A stretch of DNA of 37,030 bases from an uncultured archaeon (GTDB lineage: Archaea > Asgardarchaeota > Thorarchaeia > Thorarchaeales > Thorarchaeaceae), in NCBI GenBank assembly GCA_964590575.1, contig CAZPWM010000026.1, positions 1-37,030 on the forward strand, given 5' to 3'. Position numbers and translations under genes: made by a program. Each line of letters starts with the position of its first letter. Within the stretch, counting starts at the first letter, position 1. This document shows, piece after piece, positions 17,801 through 28,600 of this stretch. Below the pieces are notes generated by a model. It worked only from the letters and a program-made list of their open reading frames with translations, was not told the origin of the DNA and did not search any database.

Positions 17801-20800
17801 GACCAGTGAGATAGTCTATGTAACTGAGCTCGATTGTTATATTGTCATAGTAAGGAGTATCCACAACCAATGGGAAGAGGATTTGCGTTGGTCGTTCAGT
17901 TGTTGTAACTCGAGTCACAGTATCTCTTGGTGCATAATAAGGCTCTCCACTACCAGTATCAATAGACAATTGAATCTCATATCCAGTTACTAGAGCGGTA
18001 GGATTAAGGATTGTAGAAGCGAATGATATCTCATAGTATGTTGGATACTCAGTTAATACATAATCAACAGACGCAATAATAGTATGTGAAGGGCCATGGG
18101 ATAATGTGATATTGGTTTGATCGATGGCAATCTTTGTACCAAGTAAGAAGTCTGTATACTTGAACCTGAATACAACATTCTCTAGAAATGCTACCTCTCC
18201 AGGCGTCTTGGTGATCAGAATTTGAGTTGTCCTTGTGGTAACCCGCGCAATCACATTAAGAAACTGTGGTAAGTAGAATGGTTCTCCTGTGAATGAAACA
18301 GAAACAGATAGTGCATAAGGACCTGGTGAACCAAGCGCTACTGTGTCTATATCGATTACATACTGTCCTGAACCAATGTAAAAGACCCAATAGTTTGAAT
18401 TTAGTATCAATGAGCTTGTTCCGTTTCCAGTTACAACAATGTTAGCGCCGCTAACACCTCTACCTGTGCTATCATCTATGTAAATCACGACGAAAGTAAC
18501 ATTTGCCTGATAGGGCGCGGGGTCAGGGCTATCATACCCAACCTGTGTAGAACGCTTCAATATCGAGAAATCAAAGATATCAATTGCTGTAGCATAATTT
18601 GAATTTGTATGAACGATTGAAGCATTCACCTGATATACGCCATCAGATACGAAAGCAGTTGTATTTAGAATTACTAGAAAGTGTCCATTCCCAATAGAGA
18701 TGACCGTGTATTTACTTGAATCTACATCAAGTGTCAATGTACCAGTCATGCCAGTTGTTGTGCCAGCTACTAGATCAGTATAGACAAACTCTATTGTGAC
18801 ATTATTTCCCCATTGACCTGGTGCAAATGAAAGATGAGTTAGCTGAGTACTTCTTAGAGTCACAGTTACCGTAAATACATGGCCTCCAACAGCCGCATAG
18901 AATGGGATTCCTGTCCAAGTTACATTGAGGTGAAGAATGTGAGTACCTATACTAGGTAACGTTGCTGTGTCAATCATTACTGAAAATTCATGTAATAAGA
19001 AATCATAGGTAACATTAAAGATGACTCCAAGCTCGTTAATGGAAACTTGGAGCTGAATTGAATCATCTATCTCTGTGTTTGTCAGTGCGTCTATGTAACT
19101 AAATGTAAGCTCCGCCCATTCACCATAGGCTGTTGATGGGACCGGTGCATAATCCACATACGTTGGTCGATCTAGTACTATCAAGGATACAACCATCGTC
19201 TGGTTCTCATAAAGCGGTGATACTCCCTTACTCCACATGATGTCAAGCTGGAATCTGAAAGTGGTTGTGTCTGGAAATAGTGAGCTATCCAGAAGGAAAA
19301 TATAGGTTCCAGGAGTACTTGAGGATTCGTAGATTGTGAAGTCACTCTGTGTGACTGAATGACCAAGGTCCAAGGGAGTAATCTGGAGCAATACATCGAA
19401 TGTGCTGTTGTCAATCCTGTCAAGTCCAATGGCGTCCCAATAAACTGCGGTGAAGTTGAAGGAGTTCAGATAATAGGTCGCAGTCGGGGCTAGTTCAAGA
19501 TAGAGATCCGTGTCAGTTCCTGTAATCTTGACCGTAGTCACGATCGTCTGACTATAGAACTTATCAACTACACCAGTCCATTCTATAAAGATGGTCAAAT
19601 CTTTTACACCAATGCTGCCCCATTGATCACTAAGGAAAGTGATATTGTAATGTCCCAACCCAAGTGAAGAGTCAGTACTTACATAATAAAGGCTCGAAAT
19701 ACCTGGTGATGTAACGGTGATTCGAACTTCTCCAGTTACATTTCCTATACCAACTCGTAGGTCTGTGTCTTGATAGAACACTAGGATACTAATTGTGTCA
19801 CCATATTGCGTCTGTGAAACAGGCTTGTCCAGAATAAAGAGGGTATTTCGTTTTCTAATCTCTATACCAATATCGAAGGTGTGATTCTGATGGTTACCTT
19901 TCATCACATTGAATGTCACAACATAGAGATCATCACCCACTGTGAGTGGGTCTTCATTCTTGGTGTAGATTGTGATATTATAAACGCCTGCTGTTCCTGT
20001 TTCAATTACTGTATAGTTCTTATCACCGGATTGATGGAAATCAGTCCAGTTGCAAGTTATTGATGCATTAGAACCAGAAATAGGAGTATCATGATCCGTA
20101 TCGGTCCAAGTGAATAAGAATGAAGAAGCTTCACCAACTGGGATTGATAGCTGATTTGATGTATATTTTATAGAGTTATAGATCTCCCGAACTTCTGCAT
20201 ACATCACCATACTCTGCGGTTCAATATATGGTCCGGTTGCATACACACTGATTGGATAATCACCAATTGGTAGTCCTGACGTGTCAAGTACAAACTTATA
20301 CTGTCCTGATCCCAAGGGCGTCATTGTATATGGGTTTGACCAATCACACCAGACGGTTGCAGTAGTGATTCCAGTTCCATTCACATTCTTAAAATTGACA
20401 GTGAAGGTTTGATCATCGTTTACAGGACCTGAGATACCTGGATACTCTGGCGAAGTGAGTGTAGCTGCATAGTTCACATTTATAGTCAAGGCTGTAGCGG
20501 ATGGATCATAGTTGGGATGAGCCCAATCAAGATCCATCACGTAATGGCCCTTACCTGGAAGACCTGAGGTGTCAATGACTTTCGTGTATTGGCCATTACC
20601 ATTGTCATCAAAGGTATCGGTTCCTAAGACCCAATCCAGTGTCAAAGTCCCGCCAGGTACTAGAACCGAACTGTCGGTGTCTGTCGTTTCCAGAATAATG
20701 AGTAGTAGGTCACCGAATGTGACATTAGTCAACATAGTACCAATTGCATCAGTCGGATATAGTAGTTCTATATCAGAAGCATGAGTGACCTTGAAGGGTC

Positions 20801-22622
20801 TCTTGAAGAAACCACTTGAGGTCCAGTCACCACCAACTCCAATGTCGTGGCTAGAAGCTTGGACCATCCAATCACCAGCGGTCGCATTGGCGCCGCTAAG
20901 AGTGAATGTTGTAGTGGTCGCATACCCAGTTCCATCTACTGTAGATGTTAGAGTTAGCCACTCTGATTCATCTGGCCCAATGATTGTGATATTCACATCT
21001 GCTCCATTGAACTGAAGTCCAATGTAAACACGAGCTCTTGTTGTGGCTCCAGCCCTGAGATTTACGTTCCGCTCCCAAGTACCACCCACTGGTTCCCAAA
21101 GCTCCAAGTCTGAGATCATATTCGGAGACGTGCTAAGAACTCGCCAGTACCCGTACCGTCCCGGTTCGTTTGTAATGTCATAAGTTGAAACATTGAGATA
21201 TCCATCACCAGCATTACCACCACTCCACCCTGATGTAAGATTTGAAGTCGGTGCGAGAGGTTGCGCAACAAACGTGACATCTCGATTAGCAGGTAATGTT
21301 TCATTGAAGAAATACAGATTTGCATAGCCAGTTGGGATGTCAGCACGGAAGTAGGACGTGAATCTAGCTGAAGTTCCATTTGATATCGTGAACCGTTCCC
21401 CAAATGCTGTGGGGTTTATTTCTCGGTGACTGGGTATATCTAAGCTTCTAGCGAACATGTTGACATTGATATCAAAATCAATGTGTATCTCGTTGTCGGG
21501 ATTGGGTGTTGAAGGAATAGGAGTCCATGAGAAGGTAAGAGGGACAGGATTGGTAATCCATGGACTTCCAGGAGTTTGAGTTATGGAACAGGCTCCGCGG
21601 GCGGCTCCGTCGCTGATATCTAGACCATTCATTTGGAGATTTATCTCACTTGGATCAACGTAGGTCTTCATGAATAGTTCAATGTTATCAAATCGGGCAC
21701 GTGGATGTATGTTTGGTGCATAGCCTACACTTGCCAGGGAAACAAGTCCTACTTCTGTTGTGACCGTTGAGTCTCCAGGCAATCCGAAGATTGAAGGACT
21801 CACACTAACTAGACCAGAGTTGTACCATGTTTCCTCAGCATCAATTTCCTCAAACACAAGATTCCAGATTTCTACACCTTCAACACTAGCGTATACACGA
21901 AACGAACCAGTCATGCCATAATGGGAGTCATCCTGTGTATCCGCCCAATAGTCTAAACGTAATCCAGCCCATACTACGGAGCCTCTGGAAACAGAAGTGT
22001 CTTGATCATATGCGGCTCTATCATTGGTATCGTAGTAGAAGGGTTGACTACCACTGTTTGAATCGATATCGACTTCAATGCAATCGTCGTTGAGACCGTG
22101 CCCATCATCACTCCATAATATTGTAGGTGTGCTATAAGAACCAACATTGAGTATTGCATTATTCCAACCATTTGCATTTCCTTGGAATCCAGGATTTGTA
22201 ATCCACGTACGATTCTCAGTAAGGTCGTTAATACTGACTTGTGCTTCATATGCTTCCCAATCTAATCCTGTTGGAACGTTTGCTTGGACACTTGTAGTCC
22301 CACTGCCGGGGACATATGTCATCTGCTGGTCATTAAGGATGTTTGTGCTGTTACCATATTCTGAACCAATCAGGGGCGAGCTGATACCATTCCACGCAGT
22401 CCAGCCCTGCTCAGTTAGAATATACCGCTGAAGTATTTCATTGGGGGCAAGTTCGATGAATTCGCCATTTCCGATATCCACCAATCGAGTGTCTTCTATG
22501 ATTGAACCGCTGGCATCAGGTATAGTCGAGGCAGGAATATAGCCTTGCGGAGTCACAAATATGGGTGCTAGCATTAATGCAAGGAGAAGTGCAATTGGTA
22601 TGAAACGTCGTATGTTCCTCAT
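14871..22622 (-). CDS. Giant single-pass surface protein B (2583 aa): signal peptide, N-terminal beta-rich head, Ig-like repeat stalk, TM, cytoplasmic helical tail
   Basis: N-terminal signal and ~100-aa repeats (F/Y-x-D...I-x-GA...GxGxY-x-I-x-(L/I)DT...GxY). Many N-x-S/T sequons. TM GGTALIFIALLIVAYV and a ~190-aa charged tail. Confidence 0.85.
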   Translation of the reverse strand: MRNIRRFIPIALLLALMLAPIFVTPQGYIPASTIPDASGSIIEDTRLVDIGNGEFIELAPNEILQRYILTEQGWTAWNGISSPLIGSEYGNSTNILNDQQMTYVPGSGTTSVQANVPTGLDWEAYEAQVSINDLTENRTWITNPGFQGNANGWNNAILNVGSYSTPTILWSDDGHGLNDDCIEVDIDSNSGSQPFYYDTNDRAAYDQDTSVSRGSVVWAGLRLDYWADTQDDSHYGMTGSFRVYASVEGVEIWNLVFEEIDAEETWYNSGLVSVSPSIFGLPGDSTVTTEVGLVSLASVGYAPNIHPRARFDNIELFMKTYVDPSEINLQMNGLDISDGAARGACSITQTPGSPWITNPVPLTFSWTPIPSTPNPDNEIHIDFDINVNMFARSLDIPSHREINPTAFGERFTISNGTSARFTSYFRADIPTGYANLYFFNETLPANRDVTFVAQPLAPTSNLTSGWSGGNAGDGYLNVSTYDITNEPGRYGYWRVLSTSPNMISDLELWEPVGGTWERNVNLRAGATTRARVYIGLQFNGADVNITIIGPDESEWLTLTSTVDGTGYATTTTFTLSGANATAGDWMVQASSHDIGVGGDWTSSGFFKRPFKVTHASDIELLYPTDAIGTMLTNVTFGDLLLIILETTDTDSSVLVPGGTLTLDWVLGTDTFDDNGNGQYTKVIDTSGLPGKGHYVMDLDWAHPNYDPSATALTINVNYAATLTSPEYPGISGPVNDDQTFTVNFKNVNGTGITTATVWCDWSNPYTMTPLGSGQYKFVLDTSGLPIGDYPISVYATGPYIEPQSMVMYAEVREIYNSIKYTSNQLSIPVGEASSFLFTWTDTDHDTPISGSNASITCNWTDFHQSGDKNYTVIETGTAGVYNITIYTKNEDPLTVGDDLYVVTFNVMKGNHQNHTFDIGIEIRKRNTLFILDKPVSQTQYGDTISILVFYQDTDLRVGIGNVTGEVRITVTSPGISSLYYVSTDSSLGLGHYNITFLSDQWGSIGVKDLTIFIEWTGVVDKFYSQTIVTTVKITGTDTDLYLELAPTATYYLNSFNFTAVYWDAIGLDRIDNSTFDVLLQITPLDLGHSVTQSDFTIYESSSTPGTYIFLLDSSLFPDTTTFRFQLDIMWSKGVSPLYENQTMVVSLIVLDRPTYVDYAPVPSTAYGEWAELTFSYIDALTNTEIDDSIQLQVSINELGVIFNVTYDFLLHEFSVMIDTATLPSIGTHILHLNVTWTGIPFYAAVGGHVFTVTVTLRSTQLTHLSFAPGQWGNNVTIEFVYTDLVAGTTTGMTGTLTLDVDSSKYTVISIGNGHFLVILNTTAFVSDGVYQVNASIVHTNSNYATAIDIFDFSILKRSTQVGYDSPDPAPYQANVTFVVIYIDDSTGRGVSGANIVVTGNGTSSLILNSNYWVFYIGSGQYVIDIDTVALGSPGPYALSVSVSFTGEPFYLPQFLNVIARVTTRTTQILITKTPGEVAFLENVVFRFKYTDFLLGTKIAIDQTNITLSHGPSHTIIASVDYVLTEYPTYYEISFASTILNPTALVTGYEIQLSIDTGSGEPYYAPRDTVTRVTTTERPTQILFPLVVDTPYYDNITIELSYIDYLTGLGIDDAVLLITSVNGTLSGYQLVREAGGTYRIYINSTIFGNTGTVYFDLTMSKTGSPFYATRTTLNVPATVKNIQTSLLAEAPPAGSTAVGVPIEVILTLTDFDHDVPLAGASIVTNWTLLFGTSYQIEEIGNGVYKITLNTTGLLAENHIFQIWAEKPFYDSAIATVSVQPGAATVEIFLSKTAYYGDWGEVLNITFQVREPYYNTPVTGMTATLLWNGMVHPVSELGNGFYGILLDTSIEDYGIYKPQFTVTKQFYQQRQTTFTLVVSKATGQIIPEFSLYDIIIDTTGGFTVYLNDTVSNTSVTGATVTAEWNGTVYPMTPTGTPGYYTGTVDVTGFAIGQYPLTIRATAPNHAFLETTIDISVTPIPTTLALSDGSTLLNVFFGDTLDILVVFNDTYHALLVTGANVTYTLGSLTGNLTSWGNGTYSATIDVSSLAAQSIYLRIIAIKDGYATGIKSIIVTILPIPTLSSVDTPLQSGYFGSQKNYTFYYYDDQHKVPIPGATVVASWDGGSLPVIDLLNGYYLVSVDITLTTPGVYDIVVQFSLTNYTARTTTTKIEIYATPTEILGPIQLSAPVNEGVEIEYLVNNTLDGSSIVDVNCFAHSDALGDFALQLLPNGNYSLILDSNLPYGTYSFAIGFTSAKYTTSPVYLELTIRRILTELRYLTDIEYTSPGTTFDISITYFDLDHQVGISDANVTVTYSQTNITYLEEWTLDENGVYTLFFRVERERTFTITITFEKEDHFSQYLIFTIKSDTTAQQQFQQALTMVGGTALIFIALLIVAYVRVWSVPKQIRTLNRMIRALGKGRIPKPPRAPSRQSIAMGIVNEEAKPMNLSKEPDEIVEYPIETTVPEVNELLEELAGITGLGVVEIEAFRADLARMKASERPGFLKEVIDQEKARRADVLAKPPVGEPVLEDVPLEQRPEELEDLRRKLIKKGMMVDEIDVIIEEAKSLSKADLDALLSSLGIDID

Positions 22623-25600
22623 TCTTCCATACCTCCTATCTCTCTGAGTAGAGCGTCTATTTCCGCTCTTGACAAGTTCTTGGCTTGTTCAATCATTAAT
22701 TCAGCCTCAGTTTCTTCAATGCCCATATTCAATAGTCGCTCCTTCAAATGGACCAACTCTTCGTCAGACAGGCGTGCTTCCTCAACCTCCGCAGGTACGC
22801 CTTCCTCTGCTACACGCTCAGCGTCAGCAAGCTCTCGAGCTCTCCTAGAACGTTCCTGTTTGAGGACTTCGTTTATGAAACCAGCTCTTTCGCTAGGTCT
22901 CATCTTATCGAGATCCTGACGTAATGTCTCAACATCTGTTGGTGTTAAACCAACAACAGTTGCTAAATCGCTAAGCAGATCCTCGACATCCATTGCAGCT
23001 ACATCAACTGTGGATATACTAATGTCATGCATAGATTTCTGAATTCCAATAGGTGACAAGTCTTCATTCATTATATCTAGAAGCATCTCACGCCGGAGTC
23101 GTACGTTTGCAGGCTTGGGTATTCTACCCTTGCTGAGAACTGCAATCATTCGTCTTATGATTCGCAAGAGACGAGGAACTGAAAGGACTCGGAAGTAAAG
23201 AGCAGCAAGAGCTGCAATTGCAAGAATTCCTATTGTACCAAACTGGAAACCCATCACTAGAGCCTCTTGTTCGGGGCTCAAAGCTGTATAGATGTCAAAA
23301 GAAAGAGAATACAAAGCATAATCGACCTTACTAACATCTATCTGAAGGGTATAGAATGCAAGATTAGGAGCACGGAAAGCCAAAGTATAAGTCCCGTTAC
23401 CATAATCTACGTCAAGGTTTAATTCTCGGACCAAACCCGGGTCAGTCGCAAAACTGCTTGTCGAGAACGGATTAAGGTCAGCATCTTGGATGGGAACATT
23501 GTGATCAGTATCCCAATATGTGAAGTTAACTAAGATTATGTCTCCAACTTGGATAATACTCGGGAGAGGATCCCAGTACACTTCTGTTGCTATTTCTCGT
23601 ATTGTCAGAGTTACAGAAACAACATTGCGAGAATAGTTACCACGAGAAATAGCTAGTGATAGTATATAGGGTACAACCCGATCTTGTAGCGGGGTTGGAA
23701 GGTTAGCTTCGCTGGGACCAAATAAGTAGGATCCATTGTTCAGGTTTGTTAAAACTGCAGTTCCAAATTCCCAAGTAATTGTTGCGTAAGCGTCTGTGAT
23801 CCATTCGTTATTGAGAGTGTCATTGAAGCTAAATATAATACTATAGTTATCATATACTGCAAATTCCGCTGTAAGAGAACCAATGATTTCAGTTGGAATG
23901 GGATTGACTAAGAGTTTCACAAGACCGTATGCAAAGTCATAGTTATCTTTTCGAAATGAAACAGTGATGTCATGAGGTACACCTCCAGCAGATACTACTG
24001 AAGTGTCAATAGTCAAGGAGTACATACCATTACCAAGTTCAACAAGTGAACCTCGTACGTGTTCAAGTGTGTAGTTTGTGATTGCACCAGGTATTCCTTC
24101 ACTTGCGTGTGTGTCGGTGAATATGAAGTAAAATGTAACAGTCTCCCCATAGTTTCCTGCTAAGGTAGCGGGAGTATTATAAAGCTCGATAGATGTTTCT
24201 ATGTTTTCAATCCTCAGAGTAAATTGTATTGAGGAGGGCGCAAACCCAGGTTTCACACTGGAAATGGAAACCGTCCATTCTTGAACACTAAGATATGATG
24301 TGTTGATGTAAGCACTGTAGTAGCCAGGTGTTCCTAGCTCAGTAAGATTTCCAACGATAGGCCCAACTCCAAACGAGATTGTTGCTCCATCAACAGGCAA
24401 GTTGAGATCGGTATTATTCAAATACACTGTTATGTTTGTAAAATCACGGAAGTTGACTGTTTCTACACTGCTAGATATTGGAACCAATTGGGTTGCAATC
24501 TCAGTGATCTCAATAGTCAGCTGATAACTAACACTCTTGAAATTCGCAGAAGAGGCCTGTACTAGGATCTGATGAGATCCTACCGATGCGCCGCTGACTT
24601 GAAAGTCAACAATATATTTTCCATCAACAGCAGACCAAGAGAGAACACCTGTTCCTCCCACCCAACTATAAGTCACATACCCAACATCTTCTATCGGTAA
24701 GCTACTGGAATATATGAGGTAATCAACCTCAATGGTGACAATTTGACCATTGACGGCTGTTTGGGGATCAAGAGAAGCAGTGATTTTAGCAGGTATCTTT
24801 TCAATCCTGATTTGGAAATCTCTTACTCGAGATTCAAAATTGACTAGGGATGATTCCACCGTAATTGTATACTCTCCAGAACTGAAAGATGAAGTGTCTA
24901 CAGTGCAGTTGTATAATCCATCTATGACCCAAGTCAGATTACAACTAATCGTAGCTATTGTGAGATTGACATATGCACCGATAACAGGCTGTCCTGTTAG
25001 AAGGTTTGTCACATTAGCCTGTATCTGAACCAAATCTCCCCAAACAGGATTCGGGGGTGAGAAAACAAGTTCAATCTGAACAGGTATGGCTGCAAGAAGA
25101 ATATCTGCAGATATTGATTGAGACAAGTATTGAGATTTAGTAGCATTGACAGTGAAACGATACAATTGTGCATCGAGACCTGATGTGTTGATTGCCATTT
25201 GATAGATACCAGGAGCTATTGTTGTAATCGTATAGTTTGTTCCATAGAGTGTTTCCCAATCAGTTGTGATAGTAGCACCTGCGATTCCTGTACCAAACGC
25301 TATTGCGGTATAGGTGATATTTGCATATACAACATCTCCAAGATAATAGGTGACACTCCCAGGTAGCACAAAGTTCAGTGACGTAGAAACAGGATTCACG
25401 TTGATACTGAATCTTAAGCCAGTGACATTACTATAGTAAGGACTACCAGTCCAAGTGAAGTTTGCTTCGAAGAAGAAACGGCCTAGTCCAGCTAGAGTGT
25501 TAGAATCGATCAGGGCGGTATATGTTCCATCAAGATTGTCTATCTCCCAGTGGGTGAAACTTGTTGTGTTCAGACACTTAATGGTCAGTGTAGCACCTGA

Positions 25601-28600
25601 TACAGGAGTACCAGTCAAGTAATCACTGAATCTAAGTAGGGCACTGATATTGAAGTAGTAGTATCCCGGTGGTGTCTGTAAGACAGTTCCTTGAGTGAAT
25701 CTACCTATAATTGTGACCTCAGTTGAAGTAGTGGAGTTAGAAAAGTACGGTGATACATCGCCCCAAACAAACTTCACGAAGATCGGATATTCGTCCACAA
25801 GTACTGATGAAAGAACCAATGAACTAATTGAGATTGTATAGACACCATTGGAACCAGTGATAGAATACTGAGAACTGGTGATAACTGTCCCACCATTATG
25901 AGTGAGAATAAGATTAGATTTGTCAAATGCAATTCCCGTATCAGTTAAACCATCAGTCACTGACACTTCAAAGGTCACATTTGCTAGGAAGGGCGTATTA
26001 AGTGGTGATTTTGTTACCGTTAAACTTGCAGGACGACGAGAGACCTCAATAGCAACGTTGCGAATTCTTGTTTGGTAGAATGGTTCACCTGCAGTCCAAG
26101 ATACTGTAATGGTTATTGAATATGGTCCAAAGTTACCAAGAGCAACAGTATCGATATGCACTGTATATGATCCATCCAAGTTATCATCAACCCAATAGTT
26201 CACACCAAGTTGAAGTGGTGTCGATGCTGCGGGACATGAAGCAATTACTTGCGCTCCAGAGATTCCTGAACCAGTACTATCATCAGTATAGTAAACTGTA
26301 ATATTTGCTTGAGTCAGAAAAGGTGCGAGATCTGGTAAGTCACTAGTCAGCTGTGTACGTCTTACCACAAGTGTGAGATAAAATAGGTCAGTGGCGTCTG
26401 CGCAGTACCTAGTTCCTCCGTAAAGAATTGAAACATTCACATTGAAGGTTCCTATTAATCCAAAGGCGGATGTATCAAGATGTAATGTATAGGTTCCATT
26501 CCCTATATCATCTACTGTGTAGTAAAACTCTAACCACGCATCAAGTGAGAGAGTACCACCATCCATATTGAGAGTGGTGTAGTCGTCTAGGTCTCTGAAT
26601 GTGAAATTGAGATTCAAAGTTCTACCAAATTCCATAGGTGAGTAGGTGCCATGAGTGAGTGATGTGTAACGCTCCCTAACACTAATACGAATCTGAACAC
26701 CAGTACGGTTCTGATGGAATGGAGCTCCTACCCATTCAACATTGATTGTAAAAGTGTGGCTTCCTGGTGTGAATGCTAATGTGTCCACTTCAATGATAAA
26801 GAGTCCAGTCGCATCACCATCATAATAGATGTTGAATGAATAACCGGGGATTGTGATTGTGAGTTGACTGCTGTTTTGAATTGGTAAGCCCGTCAATGAG
26901 TCTCGATAAGTCAAAGTTAGATTGACGGTTTCATCATATGGTGTCAGTGGGAGTGGATTCCAATCTACGGTTGTTAATCGTTGGCTGGCATAGACTGTTA
27001 CAACTATCACTTTATTGTTATAATATGGTAATTGTCCACTAGACCAGTTCAACCATACCCGGAGTTCACACTCACCAAGACCTGTCAATAAATCAGTGTC
27101 AAATGTAATTCTGTATTCACCAGGGCGAGTAGCAAAATCGATTTCTAAAATTATCATATCAGCTTGAGTTAAAGTTTGACCGGGGGTAAGGACATCAATG
27201 TAAATGTGGAGATTACCAGCATAGGGTCCGGTGGTATTAACAATGCCAGTATCACCACCAATATCAAAGTAGATTATGCTGAAAGAAACATCCTCGCCAA
27301 AAGCAGTATTAACTGGACTTTCACCGATATAGATGTCAGATGGAGCTGCTGTAATTCTCACTGTTGTTGATAACGAAAGGTTGGAATATTTCAGATTCAC
27401 TCCAACCCAGTTCATTGTTATATCAAGGTCTATGATTCCTGTGTCACCCCATTGATTTGCAGGAATGTGGATGATATAGAGACCCTCAGGAGATATACTA
27501 AACACATAGTAGGCGGGTGAGGGCAAAGTTGGACTAGTAATGATTAGTTCCACATATCCTCCCAGAGTAGTACCATTAACAATTCCAGTTGTTGCATCGA
27601 CATCGTAGTAAACGAGTCCCACTGTGATATTCCCAGTATACGGAGTCGGGTCAACTGCATTATTGAGATAGAATGAAGTTAGGTGTGTTCGAAGCTCGAC
27701 AGTGACAACAAAGGATTGATTCTGAGCTCCGTATTTTTCAACCATAAAGACAACATCGTAGGAATCCAGTATATCATCATCCATTGAATATATGACAACC
27801 TCATAAACACCGGGAGTTGCAGTTTCTGTAACTGTGTAATTCTGATCACCACTCTCGTGAATATCAGACCAATTGCAGCTGATTGCACTCGCGGCTCCTG
27901 TAATTGGTGCAAGAAAATCTGTGTCTCGATATGTAATCCTGAATGATGTAGTATATCCAACTGGAAGTGAAAGCAAGCTTGACGATGGAATAGCAGATGT
28001 ATGAAGCTCACGCACATTTACTGTTAGAATAATCGATCGTGATTCGAAGTAATTCTTAGCGGATGTAATCCGTATAGGGTATATCCCGAGGGATTCTCCT
28101 GTTGTATCTAGACTTAAGACATAATGACCAGCAGACTCCTCAACAATACTATAAGATTGAGACCAGTTGCAACTGATACTTGCAGTTGTCACAGGTTGAG
28201 CAAGCATATCCTCAAAATAGACATGCAGGTCTGCATCATAACCGCTTGGAACATTAATACCAGGTGCATCTGATGAATACAAGTCGGTATCATAAATCAC
28301 GTTCACAGTGAACGTTTCTAAGAGAGAATCGTAGTTTGCTTTAGTCCAGTCAAGGTCAACATCATACTGGCCATTTGATGAAAGGATGCTCGTATCGAGC
28401 GTAACACTATACTCACCAGTACCCATATCATTCACAGTACCTGAACCAAAATCACCAGAATAAGTCATCACACCAGCAGGAAGAAGGGCACCGTTGTCGG
28501 TGTCATTAACACGAAACTGAAGGAAGACAATTTCACCAAATGTAACATTGTAGCTCCATGTGGTTTGACCTGAAATCGGATATTTGACTGTCATTTGGGT